Made by a program: the position numbers and the translations under genes. From assembly GCF_963921235.1 (NCBI RefSeq), contig NC_086097.1:219544001-219608000 (forward strand): DNA of 64,000 nucleotides, read 5' to 3'. The stretch is from Mobula hypostoma (Eukaryota). Shown here in pieces: positions 48,526-60,982 of the stretch; position 1 is the stretch's first letter, and each line of letters opens with the position of its first letter. The notes under the pieces are model-generated. The model had not been told where the DNA came from. It worked only from the letters and a program-made list of their open reading frames with translations, and made no database searches.

Positions 48526-50379
48526 TTATCATTCAAGATGTCTATTCAAGAGCCTGTAGCTGTAGAGTGTAGGGTCTGCATGATGAATGATGGAAACTCA
48601 TTGAAACTCATTGAAGTTCAGCACTGCTTCCCTCATTGTGTGAAATAGTGTTAAAAATCTCCAATTGACCATCAATAACATGTGTCCAATACATTGAGTT
48701 ATTGGCGATCTGGAGATGCCAGTGTCTCCATGTCATTGTTGTTCTTGTTTTCTCAGTGGCTGCAGCCACAAATGAAGGAGGAAGTGCTGAACCACCCACA
48801 TTGAATTTCTGTTGTGCCGTGTACAGAACTTATACACTGTAGCTAGAGACTACCACAGCTCTTGCCTTTCCCAAAAGAAACAAGGTTGTGACATTTGAAA
48901 GAGAGGAAACCATAGTTAATATCTACTCATCCCACACTGGTGTAGAAAAGTATCTTAAAAAGAAGCGTTGAAAAAAACCAAAATTGTTGATCAGCAGACC
49001 TGTACTTTCACATGTGTTGCAATATCACACTTGCCTTGCTACAGGATGAGCTTGATTACACTGGAAAGGGTGCGGAGGATTCACCAATATCTTGCCAGGA
49101 ATGAGGCATTTCAGTGGTGAGCAGAGACTGGATAGGCTTTATATTTTTGCATGGAGGACAACCTGATAGAGGAAGAATATTCCTCACTCAGCTGGTGGTT
49201 AGAACTGCCTAAGTGGGTTGTGAGGTCAGGTGCTATTACAATACTTTAAAAGTATCTGGATGAGCACTTGCACCACCAAGGGATAGAAGGCTAATGACCA
49301 AGTGCAGATAATTGACTGTGCTATAGATGGGTACTTGAGCATGGGCATCACATGGTGAAGGGCTGTTTTCTGTATAATATGACCACATGACACTATGACT
49401 CACAAATCATAACTTTACTTGTGATGCCTCTGTTATCCAGGAATGCCGTTTACAGAAGAAGTGCTTCATTTGTTGCACAGCCGGGATGAAGACTCTGTGT
49501 TCCTGTGCCCAACACTTAGTGATGTGTCCATTACCTCATTTATATCTCAGGTAACATAGAGCTCAAAGCAAGCCATCATCAGATCTTCTAATTCCCAATA
49601 TGAGGCAAGTGCTTTCTCCAGGGATTGGTCATGTTTTTTTTCTTTGTAACGTCCTGTAATGTCAATGTCTCAGATTTGAAGTCCATGTGTTCAATTTGTG
49701 TCATGTTTGATGTGCCGCTTTGCTGTGCCTTTCTCATCAAATTTAGCACCATTTGAATGAAGACACAGAGAAAGAGAAAGAAATCATTCAAGGTGAACCA
49801 CAGGAGTATTTTCAGATACAGCTGAGATCTCTCTAGATTTGAACCAGAATTTCATTAATTTATGAAAATGATCTGGAAATTAAGACTAGTTTTCTGGAAA
49901 ACCAGAACTGCACAGGTGCATGCAAAGTCACCTTCATGGAACCTGTATCCTGAAGAAGCTGAGTCAGCAGACAACAAAATGTTCAGGGTGATAGCAAACA
50001 AAATTTATCTGTGGAAGATACAGTTACATGGATAACTAAAAGAGTGGTGATGGCAGTAGGTTCTAAGGAGCATGTTAAAGGAGGAGGATGGAGTTTGAAA
50101 TGATGAGGAAACAAATTCCAAAGTCTTCTCACTAGGCAGTTATTCACAGTTGTGGAATCATTAAACTTGAAGGAGCACAGAAGCCTAAAGGCTGTAGGGC
50201 TTGAAGACGTACAGAGATGAGGAATGAACCCATGGAGGTTTTGGAAACATGGATGGAGATTTTAAAAACTGAGGCACATTGGACAGGAAGCCAATGCTAT
50301 TCAATGAGTTTGGGTGGATGAGCAAGGTGATGTGAGTTGGAATAGAGGCAGTAAATGCTTTAATGAGCTCCAACATACA

Positions 50380-52490
50380 AGAAATTGACTTAGGATTAGG
50401 ACAATCAACCGCTTTTCATGGTCTGCCATTTAATAAAATCAGAGCTCTTATTAAATAACTAATTTCTAACCTCAGCTCCACATCGCTATCAACCCTAGTA
50501 ACCCTTCATTCCTTCACTTGTCAAGAATCAATCTGCTTCTGCCTTAAAAACATTCCAGCTTTCTGTTTCCACTGCCCTTTGAAGAAGGGAGCTCCAAAGA
50601 CCCATAACCTGAGAAAAAAAAATCACGTCATCCATTTCTTCAACATACGATCATTTATTTTTAAATGGTGCATCTTTTTCTAGATTCCCCTAAAGAGGGA
50701 ACTCTCCTCTCAGCTACCACCCTACCAAGACCCCACAGGACTTTGTATGCTTCAAGCTTATGAGGAAGGGAAGCTGGGAAGGCAGCTAAATATTACACTT
50801 GTCAGGTTGTTTGATGACAAATGCATGGCAAAGAATTTCTTTCCAAAGACTATAAGAGCAGAATTCGACCCATCAACTCAACTCTGCCATTACATCACAG
50901 CTGATTTATTATCCCTCTCCACCCCATTCCCCGCCTTATCACCAAAATCTTTGATCTCCTTACTAATCAATAACCTATTAAGATCTGCCTTAAATATACC
51001 CAATGACTGGGCCTCCAGAGCCATCTGTGGCAATGAATTCCACAAATTCATCACCCTCTGGCTAAAGAAATTGCTCTTCATCTCTGTTCTAAAGGGGCAA
51101 CATTTTCTGAAACTGTTCCCTCTGACCCAAGACTCCCCCACTAAAGAAAACTTCCTCTCCATATTTACTCTACCAAGGCCTTTCAATATTCAGTAAGCTT
51201 TAATGAGATACCTCCTCTTCCTTCTCAACCCCAGCAAGTGCAGCCCTGGACCATAAAACCCTCCTCATACATTCACCCTTCCAATCCTGGTGTCATTCTT
51301 ATGAACCTCCTCTGGATCCTCTTCAATACAAGCATGTACTTTCTTAGATAAGGGGCCCAAAACTGCTGACAATACTCCAAGTGGGTCTGACCAATGCCTT
51401 ATAGAGTCTCACCATTACATCCTTGCTTTTATATTCTAGTCCTCCTGAAATGCATGATAATATTCCATTTGCCTTCCTCACCACTAACTCAACCTGAAAG
51501 CTAACCTTTAGAAAATCCTGCATGAAGGCTCCCAAGCACTTATGCACCTCTGATTTCTGAATTTCCTCCCTGAAAATAGCCTACGCCTTTATTCCTTCTA
51601 GCAAAATGCACAACAATGCACTTCACTATGCTATCTGCCACTTCTTTGCCCATTCTGCTAAACTGTCTAAGTCATTCTGTAGACTACCTGTCCTCCACCT
51701 GTCTTTGTATCATTAGCAAACCTGACACAAAGCCATCAATTCCTTCATCTAAATTGCTGCATACAAGGTGAAAAAATCCCAAAACTGATCCCTGCGGAAC
51801 ACCACTAGTCATAGGCAGCCAACCAGAAAAGGCCCAAAAAAGTATCGGGTCATGCACTTTGGCAGAAGAAATGAAAGGGTAGACAATTTTTTGAAATGGA
51901 GGGAAAATAGTGGTGCTTGGTGGTATTTGATAGTGCTTGGCCTGTATTCACTGAAATTTAGAGGAACCTTATTGAAACCTATCAGATGGTGAAAGACCTT
52001 GATAGAGTGGATGTGGAAAGGATGTTTCATAAGTTGGGAGAGTCTAAGACCTGATGACACAGCCTCAGAATAGAAGGGTGTCCATTTAGAACAGAGATGA
52101 GGTGGAATTTCTTTAGCCTGAGTGTGGTGAATCTGTGAAATTTTTGCCACAGCCAGTTGTGGAGGCCAAATATTTATGAAAATTTAAGGCAGAGGTTGAT
52201 GGATTCTTGACTGGTCAGGGCATGAAGAGGTATGTGGAGAAGACAGGAGATTGGGGCTGAGAGGAAAGTTAGATCAGCCATGATGAAATGGCAGAGCAGA
52301 CTCCATGGGCCAAATGGCCTATTTCTGCTCCTATATCTTACGGTCTTATGGTCCCCTTTATTACCATTCTTTGCTCTCTGCCAGTCAGCTAATCTTTTAT
52401 CCATGTTTCCTGTAAAACCATGGGCTCTTATCTTGTAAAGCAGCCTCATGTGCAGCATCTTGTCAAAGGCCTACTGAAATCCATGTAAAC
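50380..52490. mobile_element. Cluster of CR1 fragments: minus-strand 50380-50760, 50850-51835 and 52350-52490; plus-strand 51835-52350
   Basis: FFSQRVMNLWNSLPQ and LYKALVRP; TCTTATGG tail near 52350. Confidence 0.75.
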
Positions 52491-52705
52491 AAATTCAAAG
52501 GTTCAAAGGTACATTTAATGTCAGAGAAACATATACGATATACATCCTGAAATGCTTTTTCTTCGCAACCATCCACGAAAACAGAGGAGTGCCCCAAAGA
52601 ATGAACAACAGTTAAATGTTATAAACCCAAATTGCCCCCCCGCAGCTCCCATCTCCCGCAAGTAAGCAGCAGCGACCAACAATCCTCCCTCCCCACCACT
52701 GGCAA

Positions 52706-54040
52706 AATAGTCATAGTCATACTTTATTGATCCCAGGGGAAATTGGTTTTCATTACAGTTGCACCATAAATAATTAAATAGTAATAAAACCATAAATAGT
52801 TGAATAATGATATGTAAATTATGCCAGGAAATGAGTCCAGGACCAGCCTATTGGCTCAGGGTGTCTGACCCTCCAAGGGAGGAGTTGTAAAGTTTGATGT
52901 CCACAGACAGGAATGACTTCCTATGACGCTCTGTGTTGCAACTCGGTGGAATGAGTCTCTGGCTGAATGTACTCCTGTGCCCAACCAGTACCTTATGGGA
53001 GACATTGTCCAAGATGGCATGCAACTTGGACAGCATCCTCTTTTCAGACACCACCGTCAGAGAGTCCAGTTCCATCCCCACAACATCACTGGCCTTATGA
53101 ATGAGTTTGTTGATTCTGCTGGTGTCTGCTACCCTCAGCCTGCTGCCCCAGCACACAACAGCAAACATGATCGCACTGGCCACCACAGACTCGTAGAACA
53201 TCATCAGCATCGTCTGGCAGATGTTAAGGGACCTCAGTCGCCTCAGGAAATAGAGACGGCTCTGACCCTTCTTGTAGACAGCCTCAGTGTTCTTTGACCA
53301 GTCCAGTTTATTGTCAATTCGTATCCCCAGGTATTTGTAATCCTCCACCATGTCCACACTGACCCCCTGGATGGAAACAGGGGTCACCGGTGCCTTAGCT
53401 CTCCCCAGGTCTACCACCAGCTCCTTAGTCTTTTTCACATTAAGCTGCAGATATTCTGCTCACACCATGTGACAAAGTTTCCTACTGTAGCCCTGTACTC
53501 AGCCTCATCTCCCTTGCTGATGCATCCAACTATGGCAGAATCATCAGAAAACTTCTGAAGATGACAAGACTCTGTGCAGTAGTTGAAGTCCGAGGTGTAA
53601 ATGGTGAAGAGAAAGGGAGACAAGACAGTCCCCTGTGGAGCCCCAGTGCTGCTGATCACTCTGTCGGACACACAGTATTGCAAGCACAAGTACTGTGGTG
53701 TGCCAGTCAGGTAATCAAGAATCCATGACACCAGGGAAGCATCCACCTGCATCGCTGTCAGCTTCACCCCCAGCAGAGCAGGGCGAATGGTGTTGAACGC
53801 ACTGGAGAAGTCAAAAAACATGACCCTCACAGTGCGCGCTGGCTTGTCCAGGTGGGCGTAGACACGGTTCAGCAGGAAGACGATGGCATTCTAGTCGGGG
53901 CTGGTAGGCGAACTGAAGGGAATCTAAGTGTGGCCTGACCATAGGCCGGAGCAGCACCAGAACAAGTCTCTCCAGGGCCTTCATGATGTGGGAAGTCAAT
54001 GCCACCAGTCTGTAGGCATTGAAGCCGCTGGGGCGTGGCG
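52706..54040 (-). mobile_element. Rex1/Babar LINE RT fragment, next to another antisense tail at 52495-52705
   Basis: ALTSHIMKALERL, QFAYQP, FFDFSSAFNTI, GAPQGTVLSP, QKFSDDSA and KTKELVVD; (GACTAT)n tail. Confidence 0.92.
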
Positions 54041-55888
54041 AAATTAGGAGAGCCAGAAGGGGCCATGAGAAGGCCTTGGCGGCAGGATTAAGGAAAACCC
54101 CAAGGCATTCTACAAGTATGTGAAGAGCAAGAGGATAAGACGTGAAAGAATAGGACCTATCAAGCGTGACCGTGGGAAAGGGTGTACGGAACCAAAAGAA
54201 ATAGCAGAGGTACTTAATGAATACTTTACTTCAGTATTCACTATGGAAAAGGATTTTTGTGATTTTAAGTGATGACTTGCAGTGGACTGAAAAGCTTGAG
54301 CATGGAGAGGATGTGCTGGAGCATTTGGAAAGCATCAAGTTGGAGAAGTCACCAGGACTGGATGGGATGTACCCCTGTGGGAGGTGAGGGAGGAGATTGC
54401 TGAGCCTCTGGCGATGATCTTTGCATCATCAATGAGGATGGGAGAGGTTCCGGACGATTAGAGGGTTGCGGATATTATTCCCTTATTCAAGAAAGGGAGT
54501 AGAGATAGCCCAGGAAATTATAGACCAGTGAGTCTTACTTCAGTGGTTGGTAAGTTGATGGAGAAGATCCTGAGAGGCAGGATTTATGAAGATTTGGAGA
54601 TTTGGAGAGGTATAATATGATTAGGAATAGTCAGCATGGCTTTGTCAAGGACAGGTCGTGGCTTACAAGCCTGATTGAATTTTTTGAGGATGTGACTAAA
54701 CACATTGATGAAGGAAGAGCAGTTGATGCAGTGTATATGGAGTTCAGCAAGGCATTTGATAAGGTACCGCATGCAAGGCTTATTGAGAAAGTAAGGAGGC
54801 CTGGGATCCAAGGGGATATTGCTTTTTGGATCCAGAACTGGCTTGCCCACAGAAGGCAAAGTGTGGTTGTAGATGGGTCATATTCTGCATGGAGGTCGGT
54901 GACCAGTGGTGTGCCTCAGGGATCTGTTCTGGGACACTTACTCTTTGTGATTTTTATAAATGACCTGGATGAGGAAGTGGAGGGATGGGTTAGTAAATTT
55001 GCTGATGACACAAATGTTGGGGTGTTGTGGATAGTGTGGAGGGCTGTCAGATGTTACAGCGGGACATCGATAGGATGCAAAACTGGGCTGAGAAGTGGCA
55101 AATGGAGCTCAACCCAAATAAGTGTGAAGTGGATCATTTTGGTAGGTCAAATATGATAGCAGAATTTCGTATTGATGGTAAGACTCTTGGCAGTGTGGAG
55201 GATCAGAGGGATCTTGGGGTCTGAGTCCATAGGACACTCAAAGCTGCTACGCAGGTTGACTCTGTGATTAAGAAGGCCTTCATCAATCATGAAAATGAAT
55301 TTAGGAACCGTGAGGTAATGTTGCAGCTATATAGGACCCTGGTCAGACCCCATTTGGAGTAATGTGCTCAGTTCTGGTCGCCTCACTACAGGAAGGATGT
55401 GGAAAGCATAGAAAGGGTGTAGAGGAGATTTACAAGGATGTTGCCTGGATTGGGGAGCATGCCTTATGAAGACAGGTTGAGTGAGCTCGGCCTTTTCTCC
55501 TTGGACCAATGGAGGATGAGAGGTGACTTGATAGAGGTGTATAAGATGATAAGAGGCATTGATCATGAGGATAGTCAGAGGCTTTTTCCCAGGGCTGAAA
55601 TGGTTGCCACAAGAGGACACAGGTTTAAGGTGCTGGGGAGTAGGTACAGAGGAGATGTCAGGGGTAAGTTTTTTATGCAGAGAGTGGTGAATGCGTGGAA
55701 TTGGCTGCTGGCAACGGTGGTGGAGGTGGATGCAATAGGATCTTTTAAGAGACTTTTCGATAGGTACATGGAGCTTAGGAAAATAGAGGGCTATGGGTAA
55801 CCCTAATAATTTCTAAGGTAGGGACATATTTGGCGCAACTTTGTGGGCCAAAGGGCCTGTATTGTGCTGTAGGTTTTCTATGTTTCTA
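54041..55888 (+). mobile_element. 5'-truncated CR1
   Basis: ORFs 54602..55156 (KFADDT) and 55438..55800; TTTCTATG tail. Confidence 0.92.
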
Positions 55889-56293
55889 TTGAAGATGGAA
55901 ATAGGGCTGTTTCCAGAGATGCAAGCAAAGCAGTCGCCGTTAGGCGGCATTAACCTTCCTAAGCTCCACCTAAAAGAATTCCAGATTTGTCATACAAGAT
56001 ATCCCCTGCTGACTTTGGCCTATTTTATAAAATGTGTCCAAGTGCCCTGAAACCTCATCCTTAATAACGGACTCAAACATCTTCCTAACCACTGAAATCA
56101 TTTTAACAGGCCTATAATTTCCTTTATATTGCTTCCTTCCCTTCTTAAAGAACGGAGTGACGTTTGTAATTTTCCAGTCTTCTGGAACCATTCCAGAATC
56201 TAGCGATTCCTAAAGATCACTACTTCAGCCACTCCTTTCAGAACCCTGGGTTGTAGTCCATCTGATCCAGGCAACTTATCAACTTTAGACCTT

Positions 56294-57485
56294 CGCAACA
56301 CGCTGGAGGAACTCAGCAGGTCGGGCAGCATCCGTGGAAACGATCAGTCGACGTTTCGGCCGGAACCCTTCATCAGGACTGTAGGGGGAAGGGGCAGAGG
56401 CTCTATAAAGAAGGTGGGGGGAGGGTGGGAAGGAGAAGGTGAAAAACCAGTAAGGGGAAAGATAAAGGGGTGGTGGAGGGGAGGCAGGGAGGTGATAGGC
56501 AGGAAAGGTGAAGAAGGAATAGGGGAAAACACAATGGGTAGTAGAAGGAGGCAGAACCATGAGGGAGGTGATAGGCAGCTGGGGGAGGGGGCAGAGTGAC
56601 ATAGGGATAGAGGAAGGGACGGAGAGGGAATTACCGGAAGTTGGAGAATTCTTGGTTCATACCAAGGGGCTGGAGACTACCTAGATGGTATATGAGGTGT
56701 GGCTCCTCCAACCTGAGTTTAGCCTCATCATGGCAGTAGAGGAGGCCATGTATGGACATATCTGAATGGGAGTGGGAAGCAGAGTTGAAGTGGGCGGCTA
56801 CTGGGAGATCCTGTCTGTTGTGGCGGACGGAGCCGAGGTGCTCGACGAAGTGGTCCCCCAATCTGTGTCGGGTTTCACTGATGTAGAGGAGGCCGCACCG
56901 GGAGCACTGAATGCAATAAATGACCCCAACAGACTCACAAGTGAAGTGTTGCCTCACTTGGAAAGACCGTTTGGGGCCCTGAATGGTGGCAGGAGAGGAG
57001 GTGTAGGGACAGGTGTAGCACTTGCTCTTACAGGGATAAGTGCCGGGTGGGAGATCCGTGGGGAGGGAAGTGTGGATCAGGGAGTCGTGGAGGGACCGAT
57101 CCCTGCGGAAAGCGGAGAGGGGTGGAGAGGGAAAGATGTGCTTAGTGGTAGGGTCCTGTTGAAGGTGGCGGAAGTTGCGGAGGATAATGTGCTGGATCCG
57201 GAGGCTGGTGGGGTGGTAGGTAAGGACAAGGGGAACTCTGTCCCTGTTGTGGTGGGGGGAGGATGGGGTGAGGGCCGAAGTGCGGGAAATGGAGGAGATG
57301 CGGGTGAGGGCATCATTGATGACAGCAGAAGGGAAACCACGATCCTTAAAGAAAGAGGACATTTGAGATGTCCTGGAACAGAAAACCTCATCCTTGGAGC
57401 AGATGTGGCGGAGATGGAGAAACTGGGAATAGGGAATGGCATTTTTGCATGTGGCGGGGTGGGAAGAGGTATAGTCAAGGTAGTT
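56294..57485 (-). mobile_element. 5'-truncated Penelope-like element: RT C-terminus, GIY-YIG and pLTR
   Basis: ORF 56631..57362 (RGFP, PLVLTYHP, CKSKCYTC, GVIYCIQCSRCGLLYISET, LGSLQPLGMN); 10-bp TSD tttagacctt at 56284-56293 and 57486-57495. Confidence 0.95.
56345..56381 (-). ncRNA. Minimal type I hammerhead ribozyme with intact core
   Basis: The minus strand reads cagtc-CTGATGA-A-GGGTTCCGGCC-GAAA-C-GTC-gactg: a 5-bp stem I, a GUC triplet and a loopless palindromic stem III (ACGT). Confidence 0.82.
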
Positions 57486-58349
57486 TTTAGACCTTTCATC
57501 TTCATAAGAACTTTCTCCTTAGTAATTGTGACTACAGTCACTTCTACCCTATGACACTCTTGAATTTCTGGCATACTGTTAGTGTCTTCCACAGTGAAGA
57601 CTGATATAGTGTATTTGTCCCATATTTCTTTGTCCCCTATTATCCTCCAGTGGTCTGAAATCCCCTCTTGCCTCACTATTTTACTCTTTATATGTATATG
57701 AAAAATTTTTTAACTTATTGGATAGCTTATCTTCATATTTTATCTTTTCTCCCCTTAATGCTTTTATTATTTACCTTCTGATGGTTCTTAAAAGCTTCTC
57801 AAAAGCTAAAAATGGGCTCTCTTGGGATTCTGAACCAACCTGATTTTTCCCAGTCTACCTGCATATTGATCATCTCCATGACTGTCGTAACTTTGCCCTT
57901 TCTATATGCCTTTTCTGTCTCCTGTTGTAATTTATGGAGGCCTATTTAACTCCCATCAGGGTATTTTTGCCTTTGTGGTATCATAATTTTACCCACAGGA
58001 ATTTTACACCTTCCGATTGTGTGTCACCTCTCTCAGGATTTGATTTCATTTTTTACCAACAGAGCCACACCATCCCCTTTGCCTACCTGCCTGTCATTTC
58101 GAATCAATGTGTATCCTTGGATGTTTACCTGCCAACTATGATCTTCCTTCAGTCATGACTCAATGGTTCACAGAACATCATACCTGCCAGTTTCTAACTG
58201 TGCTACTAGATTATCTACGAAATCCTTGCACTGTGTGCATTCGAATATCCTGGAACACCTTCAGTCGTATGTTCTTCAACCTTTTCAGTTTTGCACCCCT
58301 GTGACCCGAAGTGAAACTCTTATCCCTTTCTAAACTTTTAGTCTTTTTA

Positions 58350-59028
58350 TTTGTTAGATTATGAGAACACTCAGTCCTCGTTTATTGTCATTTAGAAATG
58401 CATGCATTAAGAAATGATACAATGTTCCTTCAGGGTGATATCACAGAAAAAACAGGACAAACCAAAGACTAACACTGACAGAACCACATAATTATAACAT
58501 ACAGTTACAGCAGTGCAAAGCAATACCATAATTTGATAAAGAACAGACCATGGGCATGGTAAAAAATAGTCTCAAAGTCCCGATCGACTCCCGAGTCCCC
58601 AATAGCAGGCGGCAAAAGGGAGAAATTCCCTGCCATAAACCTCCAGGCACCGACAACTGCCGATGCATTGGAAGCACCCGACAACAGCCGACACTGAGTC
58701 CGTCCATCCGAAAACTTCGAGCCTTCGACCAACCCCTCCGATACAACCTCCCGAGTGCCATCCTCTGCCGAGCGCTTTCAACCTCGACCCGGCCACCAAA
58801 ACAAGTAAAGCCGAGGATTCGGGGCCTTCTCCTCCGGAGATTCCGGACCACACAGTAGCAGCGGCAGCGAAGTAGGCATTTCAGAAGTTTCACCAGATGT
58901 TCCTCAGTACTCTCACGTCTGTCTCCATCAAATCAAAATTGTGCACGGTACCCTACTTGACACATTACAGATATCATTCACTGGAGTGGCCGTGCACGTT
59001 GTGTCTTGCCGCCATCTTCTCCTCCTCC
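58350..59028 (-). mobile_element. Young CpG-rich non-autonomous element with AAGATGGCG head and Rex1-like tail
   Basis: The minus strand starts ggaggaggagAAGATGGCGgc and ends gacaataaacgaggactgagtgttctcataatctaa. The host CR1 resumes on both sides. Confidence 0.65.
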
Positions 59029-59461
59029 ATTTTGGAGGAGACATTTGTAACCTCTCCTGTACTCTCCTTTCCTTTTACTTTATCCTCACTTTCCCAAACT
59101 GTTGAAATGCTGATTACCATTCTAGTGGTAAAGATGTAGGACATGATTGGCCTTGTCAAGTTGTTACGGTGTAGTCATAACTCTGGCATTGCTTTGACAA
59201 TTGAAAATATCGTACGAATAAAAAGCAAACTATACCTAATCTCATTAGTGTCTGGCCTAATGTGGTTTTCAAGATATTCATCGTGACTTGGTCTCAGTAA
59301 TAATTTTCTCAGAGTCTTTCAGTTTGTAATGGGTCCAAGAGTTCTGTGAAGAGATATGATGAAGTGAAAGCTATGTTTGAAGTATAATTTAAAGTAACTC
59401 AAGCAAAATTGAGCTCAAGGGAGAAAAACCTTTCAATGGTTGGAAGCATATCTTAAAAATA

Positions 59462-59620
59462 GATTAAAGATTTGCTTTATTTGTTGCCTGTATATTAAAA
59501 CATCAAAACATATAGTGAAATGTACCATTTGTGTCAACAGCCAACGCAGTCTGAATAAGTGGTGGGGCCAGCCCACAAGTGTTGCAATACTTCCAATGCC
59601 AACATAGAATGCCAACAACT
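59462..59620 (-). mobile_element. SINE 3' half (same tail family as 23420-23556)
   Basis: Antisense of ctatgttggca...gtgttg...ttgac...catttcac...aaataaagc. Confidence 0.55.
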
Positions 59621-60982
59621 TAGTAATCATGATAGATCTGATGATCTATCCACATTCTTTTTGATGTTCCAATGAATATTATGAGTTAACATTGTACACT
59701 TTAAAGTATTATCTTGCATAGTAACATCCATTACTTCTCAGAGGTAAATGCATTTTCCTTTTTTGGAGCAATTTCACATTCATAGTTAACCATTTATCTG
59801 AAAAAAATTGGCTTCCAAATCTATACAAAATTTTCAGCCATCCACTTCTGGATTAACATGTTTGGTATTCTAGGCAAGGGAGAGCTCCTCTGGGAAGAGT
59901 TAAGACTTTTTTTCTGATGCAGTAAAGCTGTTCTAGAAGTGAAATGGGAAAAACCTGGAAAGGAGGTTGCTTTCTGAAAGAAAAGACTCACAGAATGAGC
60001 AACTACTGTCTGGTTGTTGAAGGTAAATTATAGAATAGATTCTGGGAAACACATAAAATGTATACAATGTATACATGTATGCATCTGAAAACTTTGCATA
60101 AGCTACATAACAGATCAGTTCCAACACTAATCTCTGAAGCAGTCAGCTGCAAAATATATCTAGTCCCACTATTTAAAATACATCCAAAAATCAATAAGAA
60201 TCTCATTTAGATTTATTGCCAGTTCTCAGACTCTAGCTGTGAAGCATGGGGATCAGCGTAGGAGAGAGTGACTGGATAAATATCTTCAGCACTTCTGAGA
60301 AAAGTTAAAACAGAACAGGTCCATGTTAAGGAATCATGCTCTAGTTGGAATCAGATAATGTCAAGATCACAATCATCATTATATATGATGTCTGTCTTGA
60401 ATAGAATCTCTGAAACTTAAATTTAGCATTGAACTCTTCGGGGGCAAATTTTCCAACATTTTATAACTTAAACTCTTTGAATTCATAAGTATGTCGTTAA
60501 GACTGATTTATTTTTTTCTTCTTGGCATTAAGAGCTTACTTCCTATGCCTATTTACATTGGCAACATGACAATAGTGTCCATGAATTAGCATTGCTTTGG
60601 GCCAATAATAATGGAGCAATGTAAGTAAGGATTTTTTTTGATGCAACATGGGGGCCTAATGCATCTTCATTAAGTAATATTGAACTCATCTGTGTTTAAG
60701 TCATTATAATCAGAATGATTCATTGTTTTCCAATCAATTATGTGTTACACCGTATATTCAGAGTGTTGATTGTAAATTTCCTATTAGGAAAGTTCTGTGT
60801 CGAATGGGAATTAGCATTTTACCAAATGCTAAACTACAGATTTTTCTTCAAAATATGTTTCAATATACTTGTAAGCTGGACATTTTAATCAATGTTTAAT
60901 CCAATTTTGTTATAGAAACCTAGTACCCAATATTATAATTGAATCAGTTGCAGTGATATGGATTGTAAGTTGTTGCAGCTTA

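Larger units (their letters stand above)
55975..59105 (-). mobile_element. Decayed CR1 hosting a Penelope and an AAGATGGCG element
   Basis: VPEDWKITNVTPFFKKG and NYRPV; homologous to 33180-34380. Confidence 0.75.

Noticed and set aside
49960..50375. Possible old L2 fragment
   Set aside because: Only a faint resemblance, with no readable peptide motif or TSD.
56766..57554. 262-aa plus-strand ORF
   Set aside because: Antisense shadow of the GC-rich Penelope ORF.
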